A stretch of 64,000 bases of DNA from Leucoraja ocellata (taxonomy: Eukaryota): NCBI GenBank assembly GCA_036785375.1, contig JAWMAR010000070.1:4278001-4342000 (forward strand), read 5' to 3'. The notes beneath the pieces are model-generated. The model was not told where the DNA came from and ran no database searches. It worked only from the letters and a program-made list of their open reading frames with translations. This document shows positions 13,538 to 25,539 of this stretch, piece after piece; within the stretch, counting starts at the first letter, position 1; each line of letters begins with the position of its first letter. Both the position numbers and the translations under genes were made by a program.

Positions 13538-14711
13538 GGTTACACAAAAAAGCTGGAGAAACTCAGCGGGTGCAGCAGCATCTATGGAGCGAAGGAAATA
13601 GGCAACGTTTCGGGCCGAAACCCTTCTTCAGACTGATCGGGGGCGGGGTGGGTGGGGACAAGAAAGGGAAAAGGAGGAGTAGCCCGAAGGCTGGGGGATG
13701 GGAGGAGACAGCAGGGGGGGCTGAGGAAGGGGAGGAGACAGCAAGGACTAACAAAATTGGGAGAATTCGATGTTCATGCCCACGGGGTGCAGACTCCAAA
13801 CGGAATATGAGGTGCTGTTCCTCCAATTTCCGGTGCTGCTCGCTGTGGCCATGGAGGAGACCCAGGACAGAGAGGTCGGAGACGGAGTGGGAGGGGGAGT
13901 TGAAGTGCTGAGCCACCGGGAGGTCAGCTTGGTTATTGCGGACCGAGCGGAGGTGTTCGGCGAAACGATCGCCCAACCTCCGCTTGGTCTCACCGATATA
14001 GATCTGCTGACATCTAGAGCAGCGGACGCAATAGATGAGGTTGGAAGAGATGCAGGTAAACCTCTGTCGCACCTGGAACGATTGCTTGGGTCCTTGAACG
14101 GAGTCGAGGGGGGAGGTAAAGGGACAAGTGTTGCATCTCTTGCGGTTGCAAGGGAAAGTGCCCGGGGAGGGGGTGGACCGAGAGGGAAGGGAAGAATTGA
14201 CAAGGGAGTTATGGAGGGAGCGGTCTTTGCGGAAGACAGATATGGGGGGAGATGGGAAGATGTGGCGAGTGGTGGGGTCACGTTGGAGGTGGCAAACTGA
14301 CGGAGGATTACTTTTTGTATGTGACGGCTGGTGGGGTGAAAGGTGAGGACTAGGGGGACTCGCCCCTTGTTGCGAGTGCGGGGATGGGGAGAGAGAGCAG
14401 TGTTGCGGGGTATGGAAGAGGACCCTGGTGCGAGCCTCAGTTATGGTGGAGGAGGGAACCCCCGTTCCCTGAATAGTGAGGACATTTCAGATGTCCTGGT
14501 GTGGAACGCCTCATCCGTGGAGCAGATGCGGCGTAGACGGAGGAATTGGGAGTAGGGGATGGAGTCCTTACAGGAAGCAGGGTGGGAAGAAGTGTAGTCC
14601 AGATAGCCATGGTAGTCAGTGGGTTTATAGTGTATGTCGGTCAGAAGTCTATCACCTGCAATGGAGATAGTGAGGTCAAGGAATGGTAGGGAAGTGTCGG
14701 AAATGGTCCAG
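13538..14711 (-). mobile_element. Penelope-like element 3' part (RT end + GIY-YIG endonuclease)
   Basis: LPFLDLTISI...YKPTD; NLIYCVRCSRCQQIYIGETKRRLGDRFAEH. Confidence 0.88.
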
Positions 14712-14894
14712 GACATTAAACCTATGTCGTGGCGTTGTGAGACTGTGTTTCTATAGGCTTTGCCACTGTGCATTCAGATCAATACTCTCACGCATTTAAT
14801 GCCAGTGAAAGGAAGGCACAACTTCCCCCAATTACAGCATTCCCAATCAAAACACCAGCAATTAGTACATTTCATTGGAAACAGAGCATTTTAC

Positions 14895-14943
14895 CTTGCA
14901 GAGTAATTGGATGGTATCGAATTTTCACAAGAATATTCATGAC
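14895..14943 (-). CDS. Gene C stalk exon (G)HEYSCENSIPSNYSA(R)
   Basis: 49 nt, same splice sites and phases as 44602-44650. Confidence 0.7.
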
Positions 14944-15025
14944 CTGTTGGAACAAGGAAATAAAAGTCAGTTTCACTGCTTTTCTCTTGCAGTTGAGCAA
15001 GGAGGTATGATTTTCCGATGCAAGG

Positions 15026-15311
15026 ATAGCAGTAAAATAATTAGTCCAAGTCAGCATGGATTTATGAAAGGAAAATCATGCCTGACTATCTTCTGGAATT
15101 TTTCGAGGATGTGGCAAGTAAAATGGACGAAGGTGAGCCAGTGAATGTGGTGTATCTAGACTTCAAGAAATCCTTTGATAAGGTTCCGCACGGGAGACTG
15201 GTGACTAAATTGAGAGCGCATGGAAGGGTGTTGACGTGGATAGGAAATTGGTTGACAGACAGGAAGCAAAGAATAGGAGTGAACGGGTCCTTTTAAGAAT
15301 GGCGGGAAGTG
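15026..15311 (+). mobile_element. Shorter copy of the same CR1 fragment after gene C V
   Basis: Matches 58462-58745. Confidence 0.8.
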
Positions 15312-15353
15312 GCGAGTCAGTGGAGACGACAAGTCAATCGCTGCGAAACGTAC

Positions 15354-15672
15354 CGCCAGATACAAGGAGTTCTACGGTAAACATTGGGAGGCCGTTAGAT
15401 GGTTGTAATTCCACATCTGTACCACCCTGTATCGCAAGAGAGAAGATCCTCCCACAGTCACAGTAAAATATTCCTCGTGCCCGGTTATCTTTGACACTCT
15501 TCCTCTCCTTCCGCGTAGCCCAATTGTTTCCACCATATCTGTACATTGGCGATTCTGCACACGGCACAGTATTTTGTATGTGAGCGGTACTCTGCTGCAT
15601 AGTGACAATCGATTGTAATCGCACTTCCCACAAATCCTCTTACATACATCTCTCCCCACACTGCACCTGAAA
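15354..15672 (-). pseudogene. Gene C V-type Ig exon, frameshifted (pseudogene or consensus errors)
   Basis: Near copy of 58789-59109 but 319 nt, with five indels (-1, -4, +1, +1, +1); splice sites intact. Confidence 0.75.
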
Positions 15673-15954
15673 CTGAAGGGGAGAAACTTTCAGATGGAGA
15701 GCAAATGAACAGTTTAGTGAAAATAGATACATTTTGAAGATTACATGAAAGAAAACTTAATTAGTTCCATGATGTGTCATGTTGCTTCACGGCCAATGTC
15801 TCCGTCTGAAGTGCAGGCAGTGCTGTTATTGTACCAGTTCTGTCCCCGGGTCAGTACAATTTGTGTTCACTTCCCACTCCAGATCCCTGAACAGAAACTG
15901 GGCTGGGATCGCAGTGCGGTACTGAGGGAGCGCGGCAGTGTTGCAGGAGCTCTG

Positions 15955-16470
15955 CAGCCCGGATCATCACCCGCACCAGATCATCGGACCACATCACACC
16001 CATCCTCACTCAGCTCCACTGGCTCCTGTGCACCACCGGATTAACTACAAGATTTTACTGCTGACCTTCAAAGCCCTACACCACCTTGCTCCCCAATACC
16101 TCTCTGACCTGCTGCTACCATACACTCCTTCCCGGTCACTTCGTTCCTCCTCAGCTGTAACTTTAACTGTCCCCACACTTAGACTCAGCACCATGGTTGC
16201 CAGAGCCTTCAGCTGCTCTGCCCCACGTCTCTGGAACACTCTCCCACCTCCCTTCCGTCACCTGGACACTATCGATCAATTCAAATCACAACTCAAAACA
16301 CACCTGTTTAGATTAGCATACCCGACATAACTTCCACCATGTTCACCCTGATTTTAATGACTTAAAATATTTTGTGTATTTTTTGTTTTTTGTTTTTTGG
16401 CAACTTAATTTTAATATTGATAATTGTATTGTGATTTTATGTCCTGTAAGGTGTCCTTGGGTGTCCAGAG
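15955..16470 (+). mobile_element. L2-clade LINE 3' fragment in intron 1 of gene C
   Basis: HITP.L.QLHWL...RINYKILLLTFKALHHLAPQYLSDLL...RAFS..APRLWN...FKSQLKTHLF. Confidence 0.85.
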
Positions 16471-18084
16471 NNNNNNNNNNNNNNNNNNNNNNNNNNNNNN
16501 NNNNNNNNNNNNNNNNNNNNNNNNNNNNNNNNNNNNNNNNNNNNNNNNNNNNNNNNNNNNNNNNNNNNNNNNNNNNNNNNNNNNNNNNNNNNNNNNNNNC
16601 GTTCCATGATGTGTCATATTGCTTCACGGCCAATGTCTCCGGTCTGAAGTGCAGGCAGTGCTGTTATTGTACCAGTTATGTCAGTGTTCTGTCCCCGGGT
16701 CAGTACAATATGGGTTCACTTCCCACTCCAGATCCCTGAGCAGACACTGGGCTGGGATCGCAGTGCGGCACTGAGGGAGCGCGGCAGTGTTGCAGGAGCT
16801 GCCTTTCAACAATCCCAGGCGGTGCCCGGCCTCTCACCTCACAGAAAGACCCCACTTTGCTATTTAATTGCGGTGCCGCCGGCTATACTGCCAACATTCA
16901 TCTCTCAACCGACACTGGGCCGGATCCGTGTTTTTTATAATTATCAAATAATTTATTCAATTAATAAAAATAATATTTACACTACAATAAAACAAGAACC
17001 CAGCACCATAATACAAGACAAACAAATATACTAAATAAACTACTATACAACTATGTTACAATACTTGTCAAGGGTGCATTCAACCACAGGCGGTGACCAG
17101 ATGTCCCGGAAATCCCCCATGTGCCCGTGGACAGCGCCTGGTCCTTCTCGAGTCCCACCCGGACGCGGAGAGCCGACCCGTGTTTAGACATTCACCGCCG
17201 CCAATGCTTTCCAACGCCCTGACTGAGGACAGAGGACGAGTTACAATAAAGCGGGTCCATTAACGGAGAGCGTTAGTAGCGTGACAACGCACACCGCCAG
17301 ATTCGGGAATGTTTCTTCCCAGCTGTTATCAGACATCGGAATCATCCTCCCATAACCAGGGAGCAGTGCTGAACTATCTACCTTTTTGGTGACGCTCGGA
17401 CTACCCTTGATCGGACTTTGCTGGCCTTACCTTACACTAAACTTTATTTCCCATTCGTGTATGTAAGATGATCGATTGTAATCATGTATCTGGCAGGTTA
17501 GCACGCAGCAAAATGCTTTCTCTGTACCTCGGTACACGCGACAATAAACTGAAGTTGGATTTCAGCACGATTGGGGCCGCGGATCCGAGAGCGGATGGAG
17601 AGAGTTGGTGGTGGGTGGATAGAGCGAGGACAGTGGTTCAGTCCCAGACGCCGGGAATTGTTGGGTTTCCGACAGAGTTGAGATGGACAAATGCAGGGAA
17701 TATTTGAACTGACACAATGAGTCCACAATCCTGACTTCCACCTCAGTTGTAAACACATGTTGTTAGTGTAGAATTAACTTCCTGGTGATGTTAGAACCTC
17801 TATCCTTCGGTCCACGTGTCTTGGAGTATCTGTTCCAAATACATTCGTTATTTTATGCCTATAATCTATCATCAGGATGCAATTAGACCGCGTGTTAGCG
17901 GTGGTTAAACTACGAACATTGTCTAGATATTCAAATGTGGTTTCAGATCCATCCACACAATGCACTGGGTTCCATCTCCCCCATTACATGTCTACACACA
18001 CTTAACCATCTCTGCTGTGGAAAGGGTGCACGGGACCCCAAATAACATTGATCATTGGAATATCAGGATCTGGCTTTCACTCAC

Positions 18085-18121
18085 CCGGCAGCGAGGAGAT
18101 GAGAAGAATGGGAATCCACAT
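18085..18121 (-). CDS. Gene C exon 1, signal peptide MWIPILLISSLP
   Basis: 37 nt leader exon with G|GTGAGT donor. Confidence 0.8.
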
Positions 18122-18199
18122 TGTTTTATCCACAGTGACAAGGCCAGCACTTTTCTGTCTGTCACTCAGCTCTGAGCTCTCAGATACAACCGCGTCTCT

Positions 18200-18305
18200 C
18201 AAATAGTAATGACTTAGAAGGGAACAGGAAGTCAGATCGTGAACCACAGCGAGCCAGTAGCAGCTCGACACGATGTAGCGTGAAAGGCTCAGGGTTATAT
18301 TTAGC
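18200..18305 (-). promoter_or_regulatory. Putative proximal promoter with ETS (ACTTCCTG) and RUNX (TGTGGTT) sites
   Basis: Motifs 105-130 nt upstream of the ATG; block conserved before all four leaders; no transcript data. Confidence 0.4.
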
Positions 18306-20154
18306 AAATGGTTGGGTCAGATGATCACAGAGTCATACGTCACGGAAACAGGCCCATCTCCCCAACTCGTTAGACCAATATGCTCATCAAAGTTAGTCAA
18401 ATTTGCCCACGCTCGACCCATATCTCCCCAAACCTTCCCTATCCATGGACCTGGCCAGTGCCCGTTACATGTTGTTATTGCAGCTGCTTCAGCCACTTCG
18501 TCAAGTGTGATGTATCCGTAAGGATGGAGCGGTGCGTTATCTCCGTACTCAGAGTCTGTTAACACTGAACTGTGGTGGAAATATTGACAGACATAAAAAA
18601 TGCAGGAGCAACTCTGCGGGCCCGTCAGCACCTCGGAGAAAATGGATAGATGGCGTTTAGGGTCGGGACCCTTCGTGTAAACAATGATACGTTGTATAAA
18701 ATATGACACAAGAGTAAAAATTAGGTTCCACTGCGCCGTTTTGTACTGTATTAACTTCAAATAAAATAAACACACAAAAAAAGAGTAAAAACGTCTAAGA
18801 TGTGTACACTTCCGGATCATTCCCTCTTGATGATTTTGTAAGTGGACCGGCAGACCAAAAACGTGGAACTTTCGTTTTGGCATATTGCTGAAGTGATACA
18901 CTTAGTGAAGTTAAAGCAAGGTAGAATATGCACGGTGAATTGAATTGTTAACTTGTCTTCTTCACAAGTGCTAATAAATAATCAGAGTTGTGGTCATGTA
19001 CATTCCATTGGTTGATTCTGGACATCTGCGTGCAACGATTTCATTCTGCAGGCAACTAGTTGCATTATAATATGACTTAATATCTGCTGCGGGCTATCGT
19101 TCTGGATGTGTTACTTTCAGGGCAACAGTGCAGTTTATTCGGGTTGTGTACGTCAATGGCATTATTGTGAATCACGTGGTATCGGTGTAACACACTGATG
19201 TGTCCGCCACTGATGTTAGCTGAGCGTTGGCGACCCTCAGTAAAGGATATTTTATTCGGAGTTATTTCCTGTTTACTTGCCCAACTAAAAACACTGCAGA
19301 GAGGAACCGACGATGCAGTAAAACAATTTAATCCTGTCTTCATTCGCCATTGTCCCATGACTTCTGCAAACACTGCTCAGCAATCAGTGTTACACCGAGC
19401 TGCTCGCAAGATGCGGTTCAGAGATACGAATCTACACACTCTTGTTTCAGCAGCGCGAGCAAAGTGTCAGCACTGCAGAACAATTCAGTATAAATGGAGA
19501 AGTGACTGTTTGAACATATTAGGATTAAAGTACATTGCAAGTCAGCACTCACCGCTAAACACAACAGTGGCATCGACCCGAAATGCCACCCGTTCTTTCC
19601 CTCGAGTGATGCCGCCCTTCCCGCGGAGTTGCTCCAGTATTTTGTGTATATCTGTGGCATCTCAGACCATTTATCTCTCATGATCTGAGAGGCACTTTGG
19701 GATGTCCTGCAGTGGGGAAATGATCCAACTCAAGATCATTCCTCCCATTAGACCATTAACAAGATCAATGTGAAGGGCCAGGCAGCATCAATGTGACCAC
19801 AGAATCTGCAAGTATCTCTGGCTATTCAGCACCCTCCCTGACCTGGGGGTTTGTGAGTTCAAAGCAGCCTCTGGTCTCATTTCCGCGTCTCCCCGCTTAC
19901 TGTGTGGATAATATTTATCTTTGTCAGTGGGACATTTCAGCAATCTTTGAATCTTTCCGAACTTTATGGCGGTTACTCCGTTATTGCAGGTCACCATTTT
20001 GTATTCGCAAACAACCTCCTTCATAGTTCTTTCATGGGCGGGGCTACAGTCACGAGTCAGACTAAGGAAAGCAACACAATGTATTGCAGTTTCACACCCC
20101 GCGCTTTGCAAGCTGCAACTCAACAATTTTGTTCTGCACAAGAATAGACTTTCC

Positions 20155-20460
20155 TCTAGTTTAGTTTAGTTTAGTTTAGTTTGAAGATACTGCGAGGAAA
20201 CTGGCCCTTCCGCCCACCGAGTCCACACTGACCAGCAATCCCCGCACATCACACTACCCCCCACACACAGGGGACGATTTACATTTATAGCAAGCCAATT
20301 AACCAACCGACATGTACGTCCTTGGAGATCTCGGAGAAAACACGATGTTATGGGGAGAACGTACAAACTCCGCACAGACAGCTCCCGCAGTCGGGATCGA
20401 ACCCGGGTCTTCGGCGCTGCAAGCGTTGTAAGGCAGCATCTCTACCGTTGCACCACATTG
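20155..20460 (-). mobile_element. tRNA-derived SINE with (CTAAA)n tail
   Basis: B-box GGTTCGATCC on the minus strand; relatives at 63637-63940, 42498-42830, 33700-33950, 37265-37515, 39770-39960, 44830-45095. Confidence 0.7.
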
Positions 20461-21970
20461 GCCATTGTTTGTAGTCCTTTAACTCCTTTGCACGGTGGCA
20501 AAATGAACAACTCGTTGCAGCATTAAAATGTTTATCAATATTACGGTACTCAAAAGACGCGAACGTGGTGTGATATATAACTCGTGTGAAAGGGTTGATT
20601 ACTGGTTGACGTGGACTCGGTGGGCCAAATGGTCTGTATCCATGCTGTATCTTTCAATTACTTAATCCAAAAAAAATTGTTAGAAACATAGAAACATAGA
20701 AAATAGGTGCAGGAGTAGGCCATTCGGCCCATCGAGCTTGCACCGCCATTCAATATGATCATGGCTGATCATCCAACTCAGTATCCTGTACCTGCCTTCT
20801 CTCCATACCCCCTGATCCCTTTAGCCATGTACAACATGCTGGAGTAACTCAGCGGGACAGGTAGCATATCTGGATGAAAGGAATGGGTGACGTTTCGGGT
20901 CGAGACCCTTCTTCAGGTTAAAGTCAGGGAGAGGGTTAAGGAATAGTAAGGTGTGAAAACGGGACAAAGGGTTTGCAGATCAAAGGAAATGCAGAATAGG
21001 TCATTGTTAGCTGGGAGAAGGTAACAATAAAGTAATTAGAGATAAAACGTAGTCGGAGACCGTCAGTCTGATCGGATAACTGGGAAGGGGGGGGGGGGGG
21101 GGGGGGTGTTGGATTGAGAGGGAATGCAAGGGTTACTTGTAGTTAGATAAGTCACCGTTCACACCGCTGGGATGTAACCAACCCAAGCGAAAAATGAGGT
21201 GCAGTTCCTCCAATTTGTGCGGCAACTTACTCTGACAATGGAGCATGCCCAGGACAGGAATGTCAGTGTGGGAATGGGAGGGAGGAGTTACCGTGTTTAG
21301 CGACCGGGATATCAGGTAGGGGTGGACTCAACGGAGGTGTTCAGCAAAACGATCGCCGAGAAGCGAGAACAATCGCAGGCTCAGCAATCGTTTCGCTGAA
21401 CACCGCCCCCCAGTCTGCCTACCCCTACCTGATCTATCTACTGCTGCCGCCTGCCACGCTGAGTTACCCCAGCAATTTATGTCTATCTTCAGTTTAAACC
21501 AGCATCTGCAGTCCCTTCCTACCTAAAAATTAGTTGCATATCGGCAATGAAATCTGCACATGTTGGATGTGCTTAGCGCGTCAGTCAGCGTCTGTGCAGA
21601 GAAAAATAAGGCTAATAGTCAGAACAATGCCGTTGCATAATTTGGGTCTGATGGGATAGCATAGTCTGAAAGATTAATTGAATGCCTTCCCAAATCGCCT
21701 TTAATGTATGGCAACAAGAGGAATATCCAGCAGTCTAATCAAAACAATTAGACAAACCGTTTATTGACAACAACCATTTATTAAGAAGCATTCTGTTGCA
21801 TTATTATTCATTAATCTGTGAAAAATAAATCCAGGAAATTGTATGCATATAATATAGTTTAACAGAGGATAAAACTCTGAAGCAGCAGAAACCACGCAAA
21901 GGTTAAAACAGTAGTTCGAAGCTGACGAAAGAAACCTTGGAAGAGGTGGCAAAAATTAAGATGGTGCAAG

Positions 21971-22028
21971 CTAGGAGTCTTCATTGTAATTGGTGGGTCG
22001 AGTGGCGAGGTTCTGTGTCATCGCGTCT
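21971..22028 (-). CDS. Gene D terminal exon, short tail without ITIM
   Basis: Paralog of 11043-11100. Confidence 0.6.
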
Positions 22029-22199
22029 CTGCAAAAGACAAGGTGAAGTGATCAGACAGACTGACAGTGGGAACCACGGTTTATTTGTCCCTGCCACTCC
22101 CAACACATTGTTGTCTGCAAGATGCTAACCCACGAATTAGTTAATCCAATGCCAACGAACCCACACCGGGCACAGAAATCCACTCTGCACGCGTACAAC

Positions 22200-22222
22200 C
22201 TGACAGAACCTCGTGATATCAT
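22200..22222 (-). CDS. Gene D probable micro-exon
   Basis: Identical to 11272-11294. Confidence 0.45.
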
Positions 22223-22668
22223 CTACATAGAGATTTGGTTTAACCTCAGGATATGAAAACGTGCACGATTTTTGTTTCTATCGATGCACATGATATATGA
22301 AAGCATTAATGGAAACCGTTTGGAAACGCGAAGAGAAGGGATTGCTTTGGGCGAATCCCTTCTGGTGAATCTATGGATTTCATTGCCACAGGAGGCTGTG
22401 AAGGCCAAGTTAATTCACACCGGAGATGCTGCCAGATCCGCTGAGCTACTCCAGCATTTTTGTATCTGTCCAAATTAATTGATGCTTTAAGGCGGAGATT
22501 TTCATTTTCTTGATAAATAAGGATGTCAATGGTTACGGGGAGAAGGCAGGTGAATGGGATCGAGAGAGAAGGATAGATCATACGTGATTGGGGGCCGATT
22601 AGATATGATGGGCTGAATGGCCTAATTCTGCTCCTATAATTTATGAACATGATGACAATAAAACCTAC

Positions 22669-22759
22669 CTTAGAGCCTCTTGTGAACACCGCGGTTGAGA
22701 TACTCCAGATCACAAGCAGGAGAAAAAACATCCAGCGCCCCACTTCCCATGAGATATAA
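22669..22759 (-). CDS. Gene D transmembrane exon with Arg, YISWEVGRWMFFLLLVIWSISTAVFTRGSK
   Basis: Paralog of 11747-11837; visible in ORF 22306..22767. Confidence 0.78.
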
Positions 22760-22827
22760 CTGGGCAAAGGGCAAGAAATACGGAGTCAATGGGAGGAAAC
22801 GAGACGGTTAATCTTTGAAGCATTTAC

Positions 22828-22893
22828 CTGTTATTTGCTTCATAATCTTGATGAAGTGGAGCGCGGCGAAGCGGCAGCGTCAGTGGAGACCAT
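22828..22893 (-). CDS. Gene D probable membrane-proximal exon
   Basis: Paralog of 11906-11971, open frame. Confidence 0.55.
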
Positions 22894-24185
22894 CTTTGTA
22901 AAAGAACGGGTGTTGGATAGGGGGGAAGCGGGCGGGGGACAACCTATGATCACCGATTGTTGACGTCATTGCTGGGGCATGGCTACAAGACTGGGAATGA
23001 GAGACTACGCGGTTAAATGGATTCAGAGAAGACAGATAAATAAGTCATGAGTTGGGGCAGTGAATACAAAACCGATGGACACAAAATGTTGCAGTAACAG
23101 CGGGAGTGGCAGCATCTCTCTGGAGAGAAGGAATGTGTGAAGTTCCGTGTCGAGACCCTTCTTCAGACCAAGAGTCACGGGAGAGGGAAACTGTGGATGT
23201 GGAAGGATGCAAAGAACAGTGTGATACCCTGGAAGAAAGAAAATGCAGCTGCAAGGAAGTTTATAATAAAATCCATTTGGATAGGAATAATAAAAACGGA
23301 TCAATTCCAATAATGGAAGGGAGATGGGCAATAAAAATGGAAACAGATGAGGCCAATTAATAAAATTAATTAAAAAGTGATTATGCTTAATGTCACACCC
23401 TGGATACTTCGTGGATCAACGCGGTAGGTGTGTGGATGGAGGAATTGTGTTCGAAAAATCGGTTAAAGATTCGCTCATAACAGCGTGGCTTTCATGAACA
23501 TTTGCTAACGCAAGTATAACACAAGAGTGTGATAGAAAGTCAGATATATTTCAATTGTGATAAGATAAACAACAAAGTGTTCTCACTTTCATGACTATAT
23601 TATGATTGAATATTTAATGGTTTCAAGTATCAACGAGTAAGAGAGAGTCAGTTAACTCATTTTGCTGTATTCGGTCTGATTCAAGACAATTTTCTCACAT
23701 TCTGCGCCAGCGATTTTATGGTGTATGGCCCCATCAATGGCAAGGTGTTGCCACAAGTGATATCAAGGGGAGTGTGGCGTAGCCCATCATTCATAAGGCA
23801 TTTCCCTATCAGCACCACACAAGTGCAAGTCACAGCAAAGCTAAACTGGAAGACTAGGGTTTGGGAACTATATTAAACTCACAGCATGGGATGAGGTGAG
23901 TGATGTGGCAATCATGTTGAATACTGCAGGGAGCGCTCTCTGAAGAGCATCAAATGGAAGAACTTGTTCTTATCATCCAAGCATGNNNNNNNNNNNNNNN
24001 NNNNNNNNNNNNNNNNNNNNNNNNNNNNNNNNNNNNNNNNNNNNNNNNNNNNNNNNNNNNNNNNNNNNNNNNNNNNNNNNNNNNNNNNNNNNNNNNNNNN
24101 NNNNNNNNNNNNNNNNNNNNNNNNNNNNNNNNNNNNNNNNNNNNNNNNNNNNNNNNNNNNNNNNNNNNNNNNNNNNNNNNNNNNN

Positions 24186-24993
24186 TCAGAACACTACAAA
24201 CCCACTGACTCCCATGGCTATCACTCGCCACATCTCCCCATCTCCCGCCATATCTGCCTTCCGCAAAGACCGCTCCCTCCATAACTCCCTTGTCAATTCT
24301 TCCCTTCCCTCTCGTACCACCCCCTCCCCGGGCACTTTCCCTTGCAACCGCAAGAGATGCAACACTTGTCCCTTTACCTCCCCCCTCGACTCCGTTCAAG
24401 GACCCAAGCAATCGTTCCAGGTGCGACAGAGGTTTACCTGCATCTCTTCCAACCTCATCTATTGAGTCCGCTGCTCTAGATGTCAGCAGATCTATATCGG
24501 TGAGACCAAGCGGAGGTTGGGCGATCGTTTCGCCGAACACCTCCGCTCGGTCCGCAATAACCAAGCTGACCTCCCGGTGGCTCAGCACTTCAACTCCCCC
24601 TCCCACTCCGTCTCCGACCTCTCTGTCCTGGGTCTCCTCCATGGCCACAGCGAGCAGCACCGGAAATTGGAGGAACAGCACCTCATATTCCGTTTGGGGA
24701 GTCTGCACCCCGGGGGCATGAACATCGAATTCTCCCAATTTTGTTAGTCCTTGCTGTCTCCTCCCCTTCCTCAGCCCCCCTGCTGTCTCCTCCCATCCCC
24801 CAGCCTTCGGGCTACTCCTCCTTTTCCCTTTCTTGTCCCAGCCCACCCCCGTCCCCGATCAGTCTGAAGAAGGGTTTCGGCCCGAAACGTTGCCTATTTC
24901 CTTCGCTCCATAGATGCTGCTGCACCCGCTGAGTTTCTCCAGCTTTTTTGTGTAACCTTCGATTCTCCAGCATCTGCAGTTCCCTCTTAAACA
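24186..24993 (+). mobile_element. Penelope-like element 3' part, abutting an N-gap
   Basis: Near-identical reverse copy of 13538-14280, including GIY-YIG. Confidence 0.88.
24864..24891 (+). ncRNA. Minimal hammerhead-ribozyme-like motif in a Penelope terminal repeat
   Basis: CTGAAGA-(A)GGG-loop-CCC-GAAAC-GTT; copies at 5236-5263, 13604-13631, 20889-20916, 52615-52642 (minus) and 40229-40257, 34582-34609 (plus). Confidence 0.5.
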
Positions 24994-25139
24994 CTGTTAT
25001 TGTACCAGTTCTGTCGGTGTTCTGTCCCCGGGTCAGTACAATTTGTGTTCACTTCCCACTCCAGATCCCTGAACAGAAACTGGGCTGGGATCGCAGTGCG
25101 GTACTGAGGGAGCGCGGCAGTGTTGCAGGAGCTCTGCAG

Positions 25140-25539
25140 CCCGGATCATCACCCGCACCAGATCATCGGACCACATCACACCCATCCTCACTCAGCTCCA
25201 CTGGCTCCCTGTGCACCACCGGATTAACTACAAGATTTTACTGCTGACCTTCAAAGCCCTACACCACCTTGCTCCCCAATACCTCTCTGACCTGCTGCTA
25301 CCATACACTCCTTCCCGGTCACTTCGTTCCTCCTCAGCTGTAATTTTAACTGTCCCCACACTTAGACTCAGCACCATGGTTGCCAGAGCCTTCAGCTGCT
25401 CTGCCCCACGTCTCTGGAACACTCTCCCACCTCCCTTCCGTCACCAGGACACTATCGATCAATTCAAATCACAACTCAAAACACACCTGTTTAGATTAGC
25501 ATACCCGACATAACTTCCACCATGTTCACCCTGATTTTA
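25140..25539 (+). mobile_element. Same L2 fragment in gene D intron 1, interrupted by the DIRS element
   Basis: Paralog of 15955-16358; resumes at 28090. Confidence 0.85.
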
